The notes beneath the pieces were generated by a model, which made no database searches, had not been told where the DNA came from, and saw only the letters and a list, made by a program, of their open reading frames with translations. From contig OZ241892.1 of the NCBI GenBank assembly GCA_965203485.1, forward strand, positions 2,912,001 to 2,976,000: a stretch of 64,000 nt of DNA, in the 5' to 3' direction. The DNA comes from Longimicrobiales bacterium. Its GTDB lineage: Bacteria; Gemmatimonadota; Gemmatimonadetes; Longimicrobiales; Gaopeijiaceae. The position numbers were made by a program, and so were the translations under genes. Positions 19,583-28,745 of this stretch are shown in pieces (the stretch's first letter is position 1; the number at the start of each line of letters is the position of its first letter).

Positions 19583-19611
19583 TTGCGCGGGACTCGACGG
19601 GGGGCTACGAT
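19583..19611 (+). promoter_or_regulatory. Putative promoter of the HEPN-ParA-ATPase cassette
   Basis: TTGCGC-N17-TACGAT, with an upstream palindrome ATTTCA-N6-TGAAAT at 19515-19532. Confidence 0.4.
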
Positions 19612-19675
19612 TCATCCACAGTCGTTGGTGTGCTTCTGCGAGTGCAACGTCCCGTTTCGAACCGGAGGGGTCGCG

Positions 19676-20128
19676 GTGGACCAGACCCGAGATGACCAGC
19701 GGTCCGGCGCGGAGCAACCGGCCGACTTCATCGTCGCCCATCGGCGACATCGAGAAGACGGCAATCTGCTCTGCGATCATGACAGGTTGGCCAACGCCGC
19801 GTACTTGTTCGGTTTCAGCGCAGAGTGCGGACTGAAGGCCGTAATGCAGGCACTCGAGTGGATGCCTTTGGACACCAAAGGCGTGCCTCGGCAACCCGAG
19901 CACCGCCAACACATCCAGGCGATATGGCCGCTCTACGCGGATCTGGCCCGTGACCGCAATGGGGCACGATACCGCCTTGCTTCTGAGGATCCATTTCACG
20001 ACTGGTCGCACCATCATCGCTACGCCGCCGGCGAGCATGTGAGTTCAGAGGCAGTGGGCCGGTACCGCGAGGCGACCAAGGCCGTCGCTCGCATCCTGTA
20101 CCTCGCGAGAGTGGACGGCAAGCTATGA
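19676..20128 (+). CDS. HEPN-like small helical protein (~150 aa)
   Basis: GGAGG then GTG. NAAYLFGFSAECGLKA, a following His and a C-terminal W...RY match the HEPN pattern. Confidence 0.65.
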   Translation: MDQTRDDQRSGAEQPADFIVAHRRHREDGNLLCDHDRLANAAYLFGFSAECGLKAVMQALEWMPLDTKGVPRQPEHRQHIQAIWPLYADLARDRNGARYRLASEDPFHDWSHHHRYAAGEHVSSEAVGRYREATKAVARILYLARVDGKL

Positions 20129-21393
20129 AGGACGACTTCGTTTCGTTCGACAGCGTAAGCCAGCGAGTCCAAGCGATTCTAGAGTCCATGGATTTGGTTG
20201 CGCTCCAGGGAATCGACGTCTACCTCGTTCGAAACCTCCATGGCAAGGTACGGATCATCGCCGACGAACCGGCTAACGAATCCATTCGGGCCGCACTAGC
20301 GGACTTGGCGACGCGGTTGAGTCATGCGCTGGGCGCCCACGGTCATCCTCCAAACGCATCCCTGCTGACGCTCGACATCTCTGCATCCGACCTTCTCGGT
20401 TCTTCCTCTAGGACAATATCGGAAGGCGTGTTCTGGGTTGACCGCATGGTGACAAGCAACGAATGGGCGTCCGTCCACACGCCGGCCTTGCAGAACAACC
20501 GATATACGCTTTTTTCGGTCAAAGGCGGAGTAGGGAGAAGCACCACGGCTATCGTTCTCGCCTGGCACTTGGCCCGTCAGGGAGAAAGGGTCTTGGTCGT
20601 GGATCTGGACATGGAATCTCCGGGTCTGGGCTCGTCCGTTCTGGATCACGGCACCCATCCCGAGTTCGGAATCGTGGACTGGTTCGTAGAGGACTTGGTC
20701 GGCCAGAGCCGTCATGTCGTCGAGCAGATGACGGGAGCACCGATCTGGGCACGCGATCTTGAAGGGGCCGTCACGGTCGTTCCCGCACACGGACGTGACC
20801 CCGGCGAATACTTGGCGAAGCTCGGGAGGGTGTACCTGGACACGGACATCTGCTGGACGGAACGGATCAACAGCATGATAACGCAACTCGAGGCGGCATG
20901 GCGACCAACCATGGTGCTCATCGAGAGTCGAAGCGGCTTGCACGACATCGCCGCATCGACCGTCACCGATCTTGGCGCCGACATCTTGCTCTTCACAACT
21001 GACTCCGAGAGTTCATGGACCGGCCACGAGATCCTTTTTGCACATTGGCGTGCTCACAAACTGGCCGAGGCCATGAGAAACCGGCTGTTCATCGTGTCCG
21101 CCCTGACCCCGGAGATCGGCACGGAACAGTACCTTGCGCGATTTTCGGAGCGGTCCTGGAACTTGTTTCGCGACCACCTCTACGACGATGTCGAACCGAT
21201 GCACGCCGACGGCGGTTTTTCTTTCGATCTGCACGACGTTGCTGCTCCTCATAGCCCATTTCCAATCTACTGGAACCGCGGCATGGCTGCCGGAACCTCC
21301 CTGCGCGACATCAACGCGGTGCCCGTGAAGCTTGCGTATTCCGATTTTCTGTCGTCGTTCGACAACCAGCTTCGTCCGGCAACGACTCGATGA
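20125..21393 (+). CDS. ParA/MinD-like ATPase with KGGVGR motif and an N-terminal extra domain
   Basis: FSVKGGVGRST, VVDLDMESPG, IESRSGL. ATGA overlaps on both sides. Confidence 0.85.
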   Translation: MKDDFVSFDSVSQRVQAILESMDLVALQGIDVYLVRNLHGKVRIIADEPANESIRAALADLATRLSHALGAHGHPPNASLLTLDISASDLLGSSSRTISEGVFWVDRMVTSNEWASVHTPALQNNRYTLFSVKGGVGRSTTAIVLAWHLARQGERVLVVDLDMESPGLGSSVLDHGTHPEFGIVDWFVEDLVGQSRHVVEQMTGAPIWARDLEGAVTVVPAHGRDPGEYLAKLGRVYLDTDICWTERINSMITQLEAAWRPTMVLIESRSGLHDIAASTVTDLGADILLFTTDSESSWTGHEILFAHWRAHKLAEAMRNRLFIVSALTPEIGTEQYLARFSERSWNLFRDHLYDDVEPMHADGGFSFDLHDVAAPHSPFPIYWNRGMAAGTSLRDINAVPVKLAYSDFLSSFDNQLRPATTR

Positions 21394-22841
21394 CTCGCGC
21401 CCGAGTCTTTCGCCAAGCACTTGTCGGCTTGCCAGATGACACGTCTCATGGTGAGGCCGATTTGCCGGTCGCCAACGTCTACCTGCCTCGGTCTCACCTC
21501 AAGGCGATGGATCCGGACGCATCGGTCGTGGTCGGCATGCGAGGTGCAGGCAAGACGTTCTGGTGGAAAGCTCTTCAAGACAAAAACGTCCGGCTTCTCG
21601 TGGGGAAGAGCGAGCATTCGCGATTGACCGATACCACCGAAGTGAAGCTTGGGTTCGGAGTCAGTGCAGCTCTCGAAGATTATCCGAGCAAAGATGTGTT
21701 GGGAAACCTATTGGCAGACGACGTCGACCCTCGCCTTGTTTGGCGAACTGTCTTGGCTCGGCATCTGTCGCCAAGCGATGCTCCTCTTAGGCAGTTGGGT
21801 AACTGGCGGGAACGATGTGACTACACCAAACGGCAGGCGGAGGAGATCGACGTACTGTTGCGTCGACAGGACAGCGATCTAGATCAAAGCGGGACATACC
21901 TGCTGATACTGTTTGACGCCTTGGATCGGTGTGCTGATGGATGGCAGGACATGTATCGGTTGATCCGAGGGTTGATGCAACTCGCTTCGGACATGCGTTC
22001 GTACAGACGACTACGTGTGAAGGCCTTTTTGCGAACGGATCAAGTTGAGGACGCCAGCATTAGGACTTTTCCAGATGCGTCGAAACTCTTGTCGTCCCGT
22101 GCCGAACTTAACTGGCCACCGAATGAACTGTACGGTCTCCTTTGGCACCTGCTTGCCAATGGTTCCGCGGGAAACGAGACGCGGCCTCTTCTGATAGGGG
22201 AGAACTGGCGTTCGACCACATTGCAAGGACAGATCGTATTCGCCGTGCCGAGAACACTTGTCTTTTCCGAGCAAGATCAACGCGACACGTTTCATGACAT
22301 TGCTGGGCCTTGGATGGGCAGGGACCGGCGGCGGGGGTTTCCCTACACATGGATACCCAACCATTTGGCGGATACCGAAGGAAAGGTAAGTCCTCGTTCG
22401 TTTCTCAAGGCACTGAGAACCGCCGCTATCAATACTGGCGAGCGACATCCAGAACACGAACACGCCCTTCACTTCGACAGCATCAAGCTGGGTGTTCAGG
22501 AGGCTTCCAAGATTCGTGTTGACGAGTTTCGGGAGGACTATCCATGGGTGCACCGCATGTTGACGGCCTTGGAGGGCATGGTCGTGCCCTGCTCCTTTGA
22601 CGAGATCGAACAACGGTGGCAGGAACGGGACGTGTTCTCGCAGTTGCGCAATGACACTTCACAGGACGCCGTCAAATTGAGGCCGCGCCAAATCGAGCGC
22701 GGAGCTCAAGGCGTGCGTGAAGACCTAGAGGCATTGAGCATATTTCAGCGGCTACTTGACGGCCGCGTCAACATTCCCGACGTGTTCAGGGTCGGCTACG
22801 GCCTGGGACGGCGGGGTGGCGTCAAACCTGTACGAGGCTAG
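21390..22841 (+). CDS. P-loop ATPase, Sll1717/STAND-like, with a probable wHTH C-terminus
   Basis: VVGMRGAGKT, ILFDALD, FLRTD, SPRSFL, NIPDVFRVGYGL. Confidence 0.75.
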   Translation: MTRARVFRQALVGLPDDTSHGEADLPVANVYLPRSHLKAMDPDASVVVGMRGAGKTFWWKALQDKNVRLLVGKSEHSRLTDTTEVKLGFGVSAALEDYPSKDVLGNLLADDVDPRLVWRTVLARHLSPSDAPLRQLGNWRERCDYTKRQAEEIDVLLRRQDSDLDQSGTYLLILFDALDRCADGWQDMYRLIRGLMQLASDMRSYRRLRVKAFLRTDQVEDASIRTFPDASKLLSSRAELNWPPNELYGLLWHLLANGSAGNETRPLLIGENWRSTTLQGQIVFAVPRTLVFSEQDQRDTFHDIAGPWMGRDRRRGFPYTWIPNHLADTEGKVSPRSFLKALRTAAINTGERHPEHEHALHFDSIKLGVQEASKIRVDEFREDYPWVHRMLTALEGMVVPCSFDEIEQRWQERDVFSQLRNDTSQDAVKLRPRQIERGAQGVREDLEALSIFQRLLDGRVNIPDVFRVGYGLGRRGGVKPVRG

Positions 22842-23002
22842 CTGGGCCCGCCATGACCGGAGTTCATTCACGATGCGTTGGCCGTCCGTATACCATCTGG
22901 GGTTTGCGGTCACCGTGATTGGGATCGATTGCGCTCGCGAACCGACACCGCCCAGCATCTCGACGGGCTTCCTTGTCGACTTCCATCCGCCTCGGCCACG
23001 TC

Positions 23003-23749
23003 ATGACCGTCTCTGATGGCACGAAGAACATCCTCGCCATGAGGAGCGGAAACAGATGCGCACTGCCCGGTTGCGACCAGGCATTGGCATTTGATTCCGA
23101 TAACGGATCAGTGCTGACTGTCGGAGAAGCCGCTCACATTGCGGGGCGTCGACCGGGTTCCGCGCGCTACGATCCAGAGATGGACGATCGGGAGCGGGAC
23201 GCCGCCGCGAATCTGGTGTACGTGTGCAGGAACTGTCACAGGCGCATCGATCAAGACGTCGAATTTTATTCCCTAGAGCGGCTATGGGAGATCAAGGCCC
23301 ACCACGAAGCCAAGGTCAAGGCCGCGATGGACGCCGCGTTTGCGATCGTAGGATTCGCTGAATTACAAGAATTGGTCGAACATTTTTCTTCAACACCTCC
23401 GACCGCAATCGATTCATCTCTCGTTTTGCTTCCGCCTGACGCCAAGATCAGGAAGAACGATCTCGGTCCTGACTCTCAGCACATTATCACGATGGGACTA
23501 GCTATTTCGTCTACGATTCGAACGTTCGTCAGCCAGATCGAATCCGATGATCCCGACTGGTCTGCGCGCCTCAAGAACGGATTTGTGACCGAATACCTCC
23601 GGTTGCGAAAAGAAGGTCATAGGGGAGACGAACTGTTCGAACTCATGAGCGCCTATTCCACACGTGGCTTTGATCGAGCCACGACCCAGTGTGCCGCGAT
23701 ATCCGTGCTGGTGTACATGTTCGAAGCCTGCGAGGTGTTCGAGCGTTGA
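23003..23749 (+). CDS. Lamassu/ABC-three-component effector: HNH nuclease plus C-terminal domain (LmuA-like)
   Basis: RSGNRCALPGC, GEAAHI, NLVYVCRNCHRRID; ends in YMFEACEVFE. Confidence 0.82.
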   Translation: MTVSDGTKNILAMRSGNRCALPGCDQALAFDSDNGSVLTVGEAAHIAGRRPGSARYDPEMDDRERDAAANLVYVCRNCHRRIDQDVEFYSLERLWEIKAHHEAKVKAAMDAAFAIVGFAELQELVEHFSSTPPTAIDSSLVLLPPDAKIRKNDLGPDSQHIITMGLAISSTIRTFVSQIESDDPDWSARLKNGFVTEYLRLRKEGHRGDELFELMSAYSTRGFDRATTQCAAISVLVYMFEACEVFER

Positions 23750-23970
23750 TTCTGCCGACCAAGCATGTGTCAGAGGCGGAGTCTTTGCTGGCGGCCGGTG
23801 CGCTCCTGCTCCATGAATTAGGCCGACCCCGGACCGTAACCGAACTCTGGGAAGCCGTGAGAGGAAACCAGATTGCCTCCTTCGACCGCTTCGTCTTGGC
23901 GGCTGAGTTGCTGTACGCCATCGGCGCCGTGAGCTTCCGGGACGGACTTCTGGAAAAGCACCGGCCATGA
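23746..23970 (+). CDS. ABC-three-component middle component (LmuC-like, 74 aa)
   Basis: TTG start overlapping the upstream stop. (M)ILPTKH...TVTELW...FDRFVLAAELLYAIGAV. Confidence 0.8.
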   Translation: MILPTKHVSEAESLLAAGALLLHELGRPRTVTELWEAVRGNQIASFDRFVLAAELLYAIGAVSFRDGLLEKHRP

Positions 23971-25709
23971 TTCACCGCGTGACCGCCAATCGTCCGTCGT
24001 TTCGATCCGTCGAGTTCGGAGCCGGCCTTAACGTCGTTCTCGCAGATCGAACCGAAGCGTCGACCGACAAGGACACCAGGAACGGTCTTGGCAAGTCCAC
24101 CTTGATCGACATCATTGATTTTTGCTTGGGAGCCCGGGCGCAACGGGGGAAGGGTCTCGTCATCGACTCCCTCGCCGGATGGGAGTTCACGCTTGAGTTC
24201 TCCTTGGGGCGGGAGCGTTTCACGGCGACGCGGGCAGTGGACGCCCCGAACAAGTTCAAGGTCGCCCATCATAGATCGACGGCCGCGCACTCGTCAGACA
24301 CGCTTTTCGGCGACACCGACTACAACCAAACCGACTGGCGCACGCTACTCGGCCAACGCATGTTCGGCCTCGACAACACGGACATCCCCAGGTACGGTCC
24401 ATCGTACCGGAGCTTGCTTTCCTATTTCATTCGCTGTGATGGGGCGGCCTATTTGGAGCCATTTTCCCATCACTCGAAGCAACAATCATGGGACCGGCAG
24501 GTGAATGTCGCGTACATGCTCGGCCTGCACTGGAAAACGGCATCGCAGTTCCAGAATCTCAGGGAAGACGAGAAATCGGTGAAGCAACTCCAAAAGGCCG
24601 CTGACGCCGCGGAAAAGCTTGAAAGAGGGGCCACGGTCGGTGCACTCGAAGCCACAAGGGTGCGCCTGGAGGATCGGTTGAACGCAGAGCTGAACGCGCT
24701 GGACAATTTCAAGGTTCACCCTCAGTACGCATCGATCCAGCAAGAAGCGGACCGACTCACGGCCAAGCTTCACGAACTGACCAACGCGAACGTCGCGGAT
24801 CAGAGGATGCTTAGACGATATCGCGAATCGGTTGACGACAAAGAAAAGCCGCCGAGCGTGTCGGTGATCCGCTTGTACGAAGAGGTCGGAATTGTCTTTT
24901 CGGATGCGGTGCGTCGCACGCTTGCCGATACGAAGCGATTTCGCGACCAGGTCATCGAGAACAGAAAGCAGTTTCTCGCAACTGAGATCAGCAGAATCGA
25001 AACACGAATCGCTGGGCGTGACCGCGAGATTCAAGCATTGACCGAGGAGCGGGCAGATCACCTTCTCGTCTTGAAGACTCACGGTGCGCTGGACGAGGTG
25101 ACCCGTCTTCAGGAGAGAGTTGTCCGCATTCGCGAGAGACTGGAGAGGGTGACCACCTCCATTGACCATCGCAAAGCGCTCGAATCCAAGAAGCGCGAAA
25201 TCAAGACGCAGAAGAACGAACTCGCGCAGGTCGCTCAGCGAGCTCACGAGGAGCGCAGGGCGCTGTGGAGCCGAGCCGTCGCGTTGTTCAACGAAAACTC
25301 GGAGGCGCTGTACGAAGCTCCCGGCGAACTGATCATCGATGTGGGGGACAACGGCTTTTCCTACGACGTGGAGATCGACAAGAGCGGAAGCGACGGCGTG
25401 GACAAGATGAAGATTTTCTGCTTCGACCTGATGCTTCTTCAGTCCCGTCCGGAACGCGAGGGCATCGACTTCCTGATTCACGACAGCATCATCTTCGATG
25501 GAGTGGACTCGCGGCAGAGGGCGCGCGCCCTGGAAAGGGCCAGCGCCGTCGGGAACGTCCTTGGCAAGCAATACATCTGTGCGTTCAACTCCGACATGGT
25601 GCCCCGCGACGACTTCAGCCCGAACTTCGATTTCGACCGCCACGTCAAGCTCCACATCAAAGACGGCGACCCGTCCGGCAGTCTTCTGGGCTTCTCGTTC
25701 AACCGGTGA
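23967..25709 (+). CDS. SMC-like ABC ATPase, DUF2326 (LmuB-like)
   Basis: GLNVVLA, RNGLGKST, long coiled coil, SDG signature, KIFCFD, FLIHDSIIFDGVDSRQ, QYIC. Confidence 0.88.
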   Translation: MIHRVTANRPSFRSVEFGAGLNVVLADRTEASTDKDTRNGLGKSTLIDIIDFCLGARAQRGKGLVIDSLAGWEFTLEFSLGRERFTATRAVDAPNKFKVAHHRSTAAHSSDTLFGDTDYNQTDWRTLLGQRMFGLDNTDIPRYGPSYRSLLSYFIRCDGAAYLEPFSHHSKQQSWDRQVNVAYMLGLHWKTASQFQNLREDEKSVKQLQKAADAAEKLERGATVGALEATRVRLEDRLNAELNALDNFKVHPQYASIQQEADRLTAKLHELTNANVADQRMLRRYRESVDDKEKPPSVSVIRLYEEVGIVFSDAVRRTLADTKRFRDQVIENRKQFLATEISRIETRIAGRDREIQALTEERADHLLVLKTHGALDEVTRLQERVVRIRERLERVTTSIDHRKALESKKREIKTQKNELAQVAQRAHEERRALWSRAVALFNENSEALYEAPGELIIDVGDNGFSYDVEIDKSGSDGVDKMKIFCFDLMLLQSRPEREGIDFLIHDSIIFDGVDSRQRARALERASAVGNVLGKQYICAFNSDMVPRDDFSPNFDFDRHVKLHIKDGDPSGSLLGFSFNR

Positions 25710-25791
25710 CGCGAACCCGCTCACCGAACATGCGCGCTGGGCGTCGGCCGAGACTACGTGCCGACGTCACGGGAAAGGACTTGTGAGTGAG

Positions 25792-28743
25792 ATGAGCGAC
25801 CGCCGACTGATCGAGGAGTGGTTGCCGATCGGAGAGCTGAGCGAGGAGTCAACCCGCGAACGAAGGTCCATGACCGCGTTGCCGCCCGTGTACTACCTGC
25901 ACGTGTGGTGGGCACGCCGTCCGCTGGTTGCGTCGCGGGCGGTGGTGCTGGGGTCGTTGCTGTCGGCGGATGTGGACCGCGAGCGGTTCTTGCACGTGCT
26001 TGGTATCCACGGGGATCCGGTGACGACTCGACGCCGCATCGACGCCGCAAAGCGAAGTGCCGACGACCTCGGAATAAATCCGTATGGCTACCAGCGTGCG
26101 TTTCTGTATTCGCCTGACGAAGCCGACATGGAGTGGGTCGGCGACGGCGTGTCCTTCGTGGACGCTTTGGATGAGGCTTGGGTGCTTGATCCCACCGCAG
26201 GTGGCGGCAGTATTCCCATGGAGGCCGTTCGCTTCGGGCTTCGGACGGGCGCGAACGACCTTAACCCTGTGGCGGCGATGTTGCTGGAAGCGACGGTGAG
26301 CTGGCCTAGCAAGCATGGGCGCGACATCCGAGAAGAATTTGCTGGGCTGGGTGCCGAGTTTGTCAAACGTGCTGAGACGCGGTACCGCGCGGCGGGGGTG
26401 TTTCCGCCGGAACCGGACGGCATTAGGGTAGTGGCGTATTGTTGGGCGCACACCGTCCGTTGCCCGTACTGCAATGGCTTGGTGCCGCTGTCTCCACACT
26501 GGCGTCTTGCGACGGATGGAACTGGAGTGAGGTTGCGGCCGCGCCTGGGAGACGGCCCCGGCGCCGACGGGCGGAAGTGCGAGTTCGAGATCGTCGGCTC
26601 GGTGACGGAGCAGTCGTCGGGCACGGTGAGTCGCAGCACGGGGATCTGCCCCTATCCGGACTGCGAGCGCGTCGTGGACGGCGGCGAGATCAAGCGGCAG
26701 GCGCGGGAGGGCAGGATGGGCCACCAACTGTACGCAGTCGTGTACAAGAAGCGCGTGCCCCGGTTTCTGAAGTCGGGGAAGCGGGGCAAGGACAAGTGGA
26801 AGCGCGGCTACCGAGCACCGCGTCCGTCGGACGACAATGGCGAGGAGGTGGCGCGACTTCTGGCGGAGAAGTTGCCCGGGTGGGAGGCGCTGGACATCGT
26901 GCCGAGCGAGAGGATACCGGACGGCAGCAAAACGGCGGAGCCCCAACGATACGGCATGCCGTATTGGCGAGACATGTTCTCGCCCCGCCAGCTACTCTGC
27001 CACGGCACCGGCGCGGATGTGTACCGCGAGATGCTCGACGCTGACCACAAGGCGGGCAAGCTCACAGACATCCGCAAGGCGGCCTACGGATACTTGGCGC
27101 TCGCGCTAGATACGATGGTGATCTACAACAATCGAGCTTGTCGATGGGGCGACACGATTGGACGAGTTCGCTCGATCTTCGACAGGCACGACTTCGGCTT
27201 CTGCTGGTCCTACGCCGAGATGGCGCCGCTGGTCACCGGCATCGGCTACGACTGGGCGATCGAAAAGACCGCCAAGTGCATCGGCGAACTCGCCGCACTG
27301 GTGCGCCCGCGCGGGCGGACGGCGAACGACAACTCGATCTTCGGCAGTGTCCGCAGGCCCTCCCACCCCAAGCTCGTCGTCACCTGCAAGTCCGCCGACG
27401 CGCTGGACCACATCGCCGACGGCGAGGTCGACGCCGTCGTCATGGATCCGCCGTACTACGACAACGTCATGTACGCGGAGCTGTCGGACTTCTTCTACGT
27501 ATGGCTCAAGCGGACGGCGGGCTACGTGTTTCCCGAGCTCTTCCGTCGGCGGCTGACGGACAAGGACAACGAAGCCGTCGCGAATCCGGCTCGGCACAGG
27601 GGGGAGAAAGGCGCCAAGGCGCGCGCGGGAAAGGACTACCAGGAGCGCATGGCGGCGATCTTCCGCGAGTGCAGGCGCGTGCTCAAGCCCGGCGGCATCA
27701 TGACGCTGATGTTCACGCACAAGGCGACGGGCGCCTGGGACGCGCTCACCAAGGGGCTGATCGAGGCGGGCTTCAGGATCACGGCGTCGTGGCCGGTCAA
27801 CACGGAGGCGCCGGGCAGCCTTCACATCAAGGACAAGGCGGCGGCCAACAGCACGATCTTTCTCGTGTGCCGTCCGCGGACCGAAGAGGAGGCGGACGAG
27901 GGCGGCGTGTACTGGGAAGACGTGGAGCCGAAGGTCGCGCGCGCCGTTCGCGAGCGCATCGGGGCGTTTCGCGAGGCCGGCATCCGGGGCGTGGACGTCT
28001 ACTTGGCGTCGTTCGGGCCCGCGCTCGAAGAGTTCTCGCGCCACTGGCCGCTTCGGCGCGGCACGCCCCGCAGGCCGGCGACGGTGGAGAAGCGGCGACG
28101 CCCGGCTGGGCTCGAGAAGGAGGAGGACCCCTACGCCGCCACTCCCGAGGACGCGCTCGAGGTCGCCCGCCGGGAAGTGAAGCGGTGGCGCCTCGAGCAG
28201 CTGACCCGCGTCGAGGCGAGCGACGACATGGACGCGCGAACCGCGTTCTTCGTGCTGGCGTGGGACGCGTTCCGGGCGCCCAGGTTCCCCTACGACGAGG
28301 CGCTCAAGCTGGCGCGGGCCGTCGGGGCCGACCTGGACAAGGACGTCGTGGGGCGGACGGCGGCCAAGACGGGCCAGAACCTGGTCCTCTGGGACAGCGG
28401 GGAGCGCGCGGCGAAGGGCGCGCTGGGGCCGGCCGACGGGTCGAAGGGGGTGATCGACGCGGTCCACGGCGCGGCGCACTTGGCGCGCACCCGCTCGCTC
28501 GACGCCGCCCGCGAGCGCTTGGCCGAGCTGGGACTGCACGAGGAGCCCCGCTTCCTGTCGGCGGTCAAGGCATTGCTGGAAGTTCTGCCCGTCTCCGGTT
28601 CCTTCACCGGCTTCGACTTGCCCAAGGGGCTGGCGGCGGCCGGAAGCGACTTCGAGGCCCTCGACAACCTTCGGCGCCTCGCGTTCAGCGAGGAGATCGG
28701 CGAGCCCGAGCAGCTCAAGCTGTGGCGGGACGAAGAAGCCTGA
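25792..28743 (+). CDS. DUF1156 adenine-specific DNA methyltransferase
   Basis: RLIEEWLP, LHVWWARRPL, LDPTAGGGSIP, DLNPVA, CPYC zinc ribbon, MDPPYYDN. Confidence 0.92.
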   Translation: MSDRRLIEEWLPIGELSEESTRERRSMTALPPVYYLHVWWARRPLVASRAVVLGSLLSADVDRERFLHVLGIHGDPVTTRRRIDAAKRSADDLGINPYGYQRAFLYSPDEADMEWVGDGVSFVDALDEAWVLDPTAGGGSIPMEAVRFGLRTGANDLNPVAAMLLEATVSWPSKHGRDIREEFAGLGAEFVKRAETRYRAAGVFPPEPDGIRVVAYCWAHTVRCPYCNGLVPLSPHWRLATDGTGVRLRPRLGDGPGADGRKCEFEIVGSVTEQSSGTVSRSTGICPYPDCERVVDGGEIKRQAREGRMGHQLYAVVYKKRVPRFLKSGKRGKDKWKRGYRAPRPSDDNGEEVARLLAEKLPGWEALDIVPSERIPDGSKTAEPQRYGMPYWRDMFSPRQLLCHGTGADVYREMLDADHKAGKLTDIRKAAYGYLALALDTMVIYNNRACRWGDTIGRVRSIFDRHDFGFCWSYAEMAPLVTGIGYDWAIEKTAKCIGELAALVRPRGRTANDNSIFGSVRRPSHPKLVVTCKSADALDHIADGEVDAVVMDPPYYDNVMYAELSDFFYVWLKRTAGYVFPELFRRRLTDKDNEAVANPARHRGEKGAKARAGKDYQERMAAIFRECRRVLKPGGIMTLMFTHKATGAWDALTKGLIEAGFRITASWPVNTEAPGSLHIKDKAAANSTIFLVCRPRTEEEADEGGVYWEDVEPKVARAVRERIGAFREAGIRGVDVYLASFGPALEEFSRHWPLRRGTPRRPATVEKRRRPAGLEKEEDPYAATPEDALEVARREVKRWRLEQLTRVEASDDMDARTAFFVLAWDAFRAPRFPYDEALKLARAVGADLDKDVVGRTAAKTGQNLVLWDSGERAAKGALGPADGSKGVIDAVHGAAHLARTRSLDAARERLAELGLHEEPRFLSAVKALLEVLPVSGSFTGFDLPKGLAAAGSDFEALDNLRRLAFSEEIGEPEQLKLWRDEEA

Positions 28744-28745
28744 CA

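Noticed and set aside
20125..21393. Plasmid/chromosome partition ParA or BY-kinase
   Set aside because: No parB/parS or polysaccharide genes. It has the KGGVGR variant motif and is coupled to a HEPN-like gene and an ATPase.
27138..28745. N-terminal 536 aa of the 1605-aa SNF2 ORF; similar extensions of ORFs 43378-47649, 45999-49958 and 40879-43281
   Set aside because: They overlap genuine genes in another frame or strand and have shadow-like composition.
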